Source: a virus
Strand: one strand, 5' to 3'
Virus record (IMG/VR): IMGVR_UViG_3300028025_003904
Coordinates: 56,105-120,104 of that record
DNA: 64,000 nt
The first letter of the stretch is position 1, and each line of letters begins with the position of its first letter. Of this stretch, positions 59,798 to 64,000 are shown piece after piece. The position numbers and the translations under genes were made by a program. A model generated the notes under the pieces. That model was not told where the DNA came from. It made no database searches and was given only the letters and a program-made list of their open reading frames with translations.

Positions 59798-60526
59798 TCA
59801 ATGTTTAAGCAAATCATTTATTACTTTATCGTATAATCTTTGACTATTTGTATTACCAGCTCCAGTAAATCCTCTTTCTTTTTGTAAATATGCAACAACT
59901 CTACCTCTCAATGTTCTTTCAACTTCATTTGATTGTATTACTTTTTTAACGGCTGATTTAATATCATCGTATTCAGGAAATTCGTTTCCATTGGCATCTC
60001 TTGCTTCGTTTGTTTTACCTGCTCTTAAATCTGCTAAATCATCTGAACCAATATCACCATCTTTATCAACATCTAATTTGTGTTGATTTCCAACTAGCTT
60101 TTCGTTACGGATACCTAATCTTTGATTTACTTCTTCTTCACTCAATTCACTAACACCATAGTATCTACCTATAATATGTCCCATATCTTCGTATAGGTTT
60201 TCCATTTGTGAATGTAGTGATTTTGCCTCGTTAGCAATCTTTTCGAATTGAGATGATAGTTTCCCTAGCTCATTCATATTGCGTTTGACTGTGCTCTCGT
60301 CAAAGTGATTACCAGCTTCTTTATTAGCGAACTCACTAGCTGCGTCTGTAATTGCACCTAATGTTTCAGCAATTTGTGCCAAATCATTCTCATGCTTTAA
60401 CTTTGGTCCAAATGAACCATAAGTAGAAATGATTTCTAAAAAGTGTCTTCTTGCTTCGTTGCTTAAAGTTTGTTTAGGTGCTTTCTTATCTTCACCTTCA
60501 CCCATTAATTTCTTTAACTTTATCAT
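59798..60526 (-). CDS. Putative internal head protein (MIKLKKLMGE start) with EF-hand-like DVDKDGDIGSDD
   Basis: Start moved to ATG 60526; shared motif; DxDxDG loop. Confidence 0.65.
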   Translation of the reverse strand: MIKLKKLMGEGEDKKAPKQTLSNEARRHFLEIISTYGSFGPKLKHENDLAQIAETLGAITDAASEFANKEAGNHFDESTVKRNMNELGKLSSQFEKIANEAKSLHSQMENLYEDMGHIIGRYYGVSELSEEEVNQRLGIRNEKLVGNQHKLDVDKDGDIGSDDLADLRAGKTNEARDANGNEFPEYDDIKSAVKKVIQSNEVERTLRGRVVAYLQKERGFTGAGNTNSQRLYDKVINDLLKH

Positions 60527-60527
60527 C

Positions 60528-60752
60528 TTATTTTGCTTCAAATTGTTCTATAAGTTTGATTGCCATATCAATGTGCTTGATTGCTTCTTTGCTATAAGGT
60601 GCAATGTTATGCTTAACCTCTTTCAATCTATCTAATGATTTTTCACGAGTCATTGCGTGCATTGCTGCTTCTAACAAATCTCTTCTTTCTTGCTCATTAG
60701 ATTTGGCTTTAATCTTATTAGAAGCCATATATTGCGTTATATTAAATGCCAT
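60528..60752 (-). CDS. Hypothetical head-region protein
   Basis: 74-aa ORF directly after the protease. Confidence 0.65.
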   Translation of the reverse strand: MAFNITQYMASNKIKAKSNEQERRDLLEAAMHAMTREKSLDRLKEVKHNIAPYSKEAIKHIDMAIKLIEQFEAK

Positions 60753-60759
60753 ATTTTTA

Positions 60760-61344
60760 TTAGTTTAATTCTTCTATAATTTGTCTCATTAAATCTTGTG
60801 ATTTACACCACTTTCCACATTCTTCGATTTCTCTTTTAACACTTTCATTCATAGCAGTTGGAGACATGAATGCACCATGTGTAGATGGATTTGAAACGAA
60901 GTCCCATCCGATTAATTCAAAATCTTCTTGTACCATTACAGTATTCTCTCTCATAGGTTTAACTGAACCCATACCTCTACTACTAATACCCAAACGGATA
61001 TTGTGTTTAAACAACTCCTTTAAGATGTTACCAGATGGGGTTGAAAGAACCTCTACCGTACCACATAAGTCTTTACCATCCCACCAAATCTCTTTGATGT
61101 TGTGTGATACGTTCTTTAAGTTGATTACAGTTGATTCTGGATGGTCTAATTCACCCAATGCTCTACGTTCTTGTATTAAGGTTTCGTATTTCTTTGCTTC
61201 CCTCTGTAATATGTTAAGAGGATAGATACGATGGTTTTGATTAGGAGCATCCGCACGCTGCAATACACCTTTAACCAAAAACTTTCCGTTTGCATCTTCC
61301 TGTATAGTTCCTTCGAAAAGGTTATGCTCTATTAATAATCCCAT
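60760..61344 (-). CDS. Prohead core protease (T4 gp21-like)
   Basis: NQNHRIYP, ALGELDHP, VSH, GISSRGMGS and DFVSNPST. Confidence 0.95.
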   Translation of the reverse strand: MGLLIEHNLFEGTIQEDANGKFLVKGVLQRADAPNQNHRIYPLNILQREAKKYETLIQERRALGELDHPESTVINLKNVSHNIKEIWWDGKDLCGTVEVLSTPSGNILKELFKHNIRLGISSRGMGSVKPMRENTVMVQEDFELIGWDFVSNPSTHGAFMSPTAMNESVKREIEECGKWCKSQDLMRQIIEELN

Positions 61345-61347
61345 ATC

Positions 61348-62220
61348 TTATGCTAGTAAGTAGTAATACTCTTTAAAATGTTTGATTCGGTCAGCCAATC
61401 CTATTGTACCACCATTTACTCTTTTTGTTATTTGTGTAACTACCGCATCGGAAGACCCACCATCAGCTAACTTATGTAATCCGTTTTTAGAGAAGAACCA
61501 AGCCGCCGAGAGCAAAGCGTATTTTGATGCAACCACATCTGGGTTAGCACAAACATCTTCACCGATGGACTTACCGAATGCGGTATAGTTTTCCTTTCCA
61601 GTTAATTGAATATATCCACGTCCTCTGAATTTGTAGCCCTCACGAGTTGCTTCAACTCCATTTCCCATACGTCCACCATATACTCTACTTGCAATCATCT
61701 CCGGCTTTCTCTCATATGCCATTGCTAATTGCACCGTTGGAAAGTATTTCTTAAATATACCCATCAATCCTTTTGCAGAATAGTTTAGGTTTTCTTGTGT
61801 TGCTTTGAAACCACCACTTTCATGTCCACATTGTGCCAAAAAGTGTGCTAATCTTAAAGGAGTGTTTATACCAAACTTCGCTGCCGTATCTGGAATCATA
61901 GCGATTACGTGTGCAGGAATATGTCCTTTTAATTTATCTAATTTTAAACCAGGATAAGATGGTGATGCTGCAACTGTTGGTGCAGGTGCTACAACGGGTG
62001 TAGGAGTTGCTACTATTGCCGGTTTAGGAACTGGAGTTAAACCCATAATCTTATTCCAAGTATTTGGTCCAACAATACCATCTGCTGCCAAACCATTTTT
62101 AGTTTGCCAAGCTTTAACCGCATCTTCCGTTTTTGGTCCGAAATTACCAACTGGGTCTAGTCCCAATTTAACCTGTAATTTCTTTACATCTTCGTTATTA
62201 TCACCTCTCTTCAATAACAT
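61348..62220 (-). CDS. Endolysin: peptidoglycan-binding domain, Pro-rich linker and GH19 domain
   Basis: DGIVGPNTW PG-binding motif; HFLAQCGHESGG, ENLNYS, FRGRGYIQLTG..NY and ITKRVNGG. Start likely MLLKRG at 62220. Confidence 0.9.
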   Translation of the reverse strand: MLLKRGDNNEDVKKLQVKLGLDPVGNFGPKTEDAVKAWQTKNGLAADGIVGPNTWNKIMGLTPVPKPAIVATPTPVVAPAPTVAASPSYPGLKLDKLKGHIPAHVIAMIPDTAAKFGINTPLRLAHFLAQCGHESGGFKATQENLNYSAKGLMGIFKKYFPTVQLAMAYERKPEMIASRVYGGRMGNGVEATREGYKFRGRGYIQLTGKENYTAFGKSIGEDVCANPDVVASKYALLSAAWFFSKNGLHKLADGGSSDAVVTQITKRVNGGTIGLADRIKHFKEYYYLLA

Positions 62221-62222
62221 AA

Positions 62223-62930
62223 TTAATCCCTCTCTTGTTTTGCTTTCCAAGCTGCATCTACTTTATTAAAAAATGCTTTCTTTTCATCATCACTCATAGA
62301 TGGAATAGATTTACCAGCTTTATCCATTACTTTTTGGAAAAACTTTTGGTATTCTGCTTCCTCTTGCATTACTTCTCTTACGATTGATTTTAATGCCTCT
62401 CTTTTTAATGATTTTTGCTTACCCATAGTTTGTGGTAACCCATTTGCTACATTTTCAATATCTTCGCTGATTTTATATTTCATTCCCAAATGCCCTTTAC
62501 CCATATCTTTTACATTAAACTTTTGGTGAAATGTAGATTGTTGTGCTGCTTTTGGTGTAATATCTAAAATCCAATCATTACCATCTTTTGATAAATAGTA
62601 TGCATTTTTATCACTAGTCAAAGTTCTTACGATTGCATCTTTTGATATACCCTCGTTTACATATTCGAACTTAAAGTCCTGATTCTTTTGTGATTCAGCA
62701 CTTACTACTGCTAATAAACCAACTTTTGATTTAGGAACTTTTAATTGAGTAATTGCTTTTTGTTTTGCATCATACAAATCTTTTCCATCAATATCAATTT
62801 TTTTACCCATAAAGAATGCGATGAACTTTGTTTCCTCTAATTGTTGTTCTTGAACTTGTGCAGTTCTTGAACCAATTGGTCCACCTAATGCTTGAAGAGT
62901 AACGATACCCGATTTTGATAAATGTCTCAT
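62223..62930 (-). CDS. Hypothetical head-region protein
   Basis: 235-aa ORF with several [LIV]xE sites. Confidence 0.7.
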   Translation of the reverse strand: MRHLSKSGIVTLQALGGPIGSRTAQVQEQQLEETKFIAFFMGKKIDIDGKDLYDAKQKAITQLKVPKSKVGLLAVVSAESQKNQDFKFEYVNEGISKDAIVRTLTSDKNAYYLSKDGNDWILDITPKAAQQSTFHQKFNVKDMGKGHLGMKYKISEDIENVANGLPQTMGKQKSLKREALKSIVREVMQEEAEYQKFFQKVMDKAGKSIPSMSDDEKKAFFNKVDAAWKAKQERD

Positions 62931-62931
62931 A

Positions 62932-63363
62932 TTAAAAATCTATAATTGTTCTTGCTATTTTATTTAATCTTTCTTTTATACGAAAGATACTTGTGTTTGT
63001 TCTTTTGTAAAAATCTTCGTTCTTTACTCCGTTTTCCATTTTAAGTTTGTTGTACCAACCTAAAAATCTTTCTACCTCTGCTAATTGGTTTTTGATTTCC
63101 CTAACACCTAAATTGATTTTTTGTTCTGGTGAACGAGTTTCATCTCTTTTAAGTGCTAACCAACGATTTTCAGCCAATTCATATCCAGTTCCAGATGATT
63201 TAGCTTTACGCTCTTTATCAGCCTGTGTATTTCTGCCAAACGCAAATGGAGTTTGATACCCGTCTACTGAAGCAGTTGTAGTTTCTTCGTTAGTTGGTGT
63301 GTTCCTTTCACGAAGTTTTTTACGAACTATTTCTTTTAATCTATCTCTACTAGATAATTCCAT
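62932..63363 (-). CDS. Hypothetical head-region protein
   Basis: 143-aa ORF with an EETTTASVDGYQTPFAF motif. Confidence 0.7.
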   Translation of the reverse strand: MELSSRDRLKEIVRKKLRERNTPTNEETTTASVDGYQTPFAFGRNTQADKERKAKSSGTGYELAENRWLALKRDETRSPEQKINLGVREIKNQLAEVERFLGWYNKLKMENGVKNEDFYKRTNTSIFRIKERLNKIARTIIDF

Positions 63364-64000
63364 TTTGAGTTCCCTTTAATACTTTATCCAACTCATATCC
63401 CATAATAACAGATGTAATATGTGTATCTGTAATTTTAGATGCAGTTTTGATTTTATTCAACTGATTGATTGTTTCGGCTAACTTTATTTTGGTAACTTTA
63501 TCTTTGATTTCTTTACCAGTTTTAGTTAGTTCTTTAGCTAGAGCAACAACTTCGTTTGTAATAAATGCTTTAAGATTATCCGAGTTAGTAAATGAATTGA
63601 TATATTCTTTCAATATACCCTTTTGTTTATCATTTAAGGATTTGTATTTTTTATTGAAGTTCTCCACCAACATTTTGTATGTTAGTAAGCGGATTTCTTT
63701 ATCTTCTTTTTTAAGAGCTTCGTTGATTTTATCTACTGCCTTTAAGTTTGTAGATGGTTTAGATATAAGATGTTCTACGATTGCAAATTTAGTATTTACA
63801 AAATCTTTTGGGTCATAAGAATTTTCAGTATTCAAATTAAATTCAAATATCTTATATACCGAAGCAAGAACTTTATAGTTTGGAACTTGTGATTTTAAGA
63901 AATCATCTATTTGATAATTTTCTTTTATTTCTTTGATAAGATTATACTTTTCTTTAAGTATTTTTTTCTCATCTAATTTTTTACGATTATCAATTACTGC
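63350..64000 (-). CDS. Head-region protein, 5' end outside the window
   Basis: The frame stays open past 63835 to the window edge (...KEKYNLIKEIKENY...NYKVLASVYKIFE...). Confidence 0.7.
   Translation of the reverse strand, partial: AVIDNRKKLDEKKILKEKYNLIKEIKENYQIDDFLKSQVPNYKVLASVYKIFEFNLNTENSYDPKDFVNTKFAIVEHLISKPSTNLKAVDKINEALKKEDKEIRLLTYKMLVENFNKKYKSLNDKQKGILKEYINSFTNSDNLKAFITNEVVALAKELTKTGKEIKDKVTKIKLAETINQLNKIKTASKITDTHITSVIMGYELDKVLKGTQNGII

Noticed and set aside
1-64000. Stop-codon reassignment, as in some large Bacteroidota phages
   Set aside because: Standard-code ORFs are full length and tile the strand densely. TAG (37731) and TGA (10036) act as stops.
1-64000. tRNA, rRNA, introns, inteins, homing endonucleases, transposases
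   Set aside because: None recognisable by eye. Capsid, sheath, protease and polymerase frames are uninterrupted. A tRNA/Rfam scan was not run.

Overview
A 64 kb, AT-rich segment of a large tailed (myovirus-like) bacteriophage genome. Every credible gene lies on the minus strand. In transcription order it holds: head-assembly genes (unknown head proteins, a PG-binding/GH19 endolysin, T4 gp21-like prohead protease, small proteins sharing an MIKLxxxLxE N-terminus, a phage ribosomal protein bS21, acidic scaffold, T4 gp23-like major capsid protein); an island of small genes under host-type promoters; neck and tail-terminator genes; a roughly 33 kb block of Ser/Thr-rich and collagen-like fibre genes; tail sheath, tube, chaperone, tape measure and baseplate genes; and a divergent family-A DNA polymerase. 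Inside the fibre block is a modification cluster: APS kinase, sulfotransferase, two 2OG-Fe(II) oxygenases and four glycosyltransferases, one with an Aah/TibC-type protein O-heptosyltransferase domain. Seven (T/C)TTG-N20-TAnnTTT(G/A) promoters point to a Bacteroidota host. An ATATTTATA motif precedes late genes. Main hypotheses: (1) a phage-encoded system that glycosylates, sulfates and hydroxylates S/T-x-S-rich and collagen virion proteins; (2) a bS21 swap that frees the host anti-SD, matching SD sequences found mainly on capsid, sheath and tube genes; (3) a +1/-2 frameshift in the tail chaperone. All calls come from reading motifs by eye; no searches were run.
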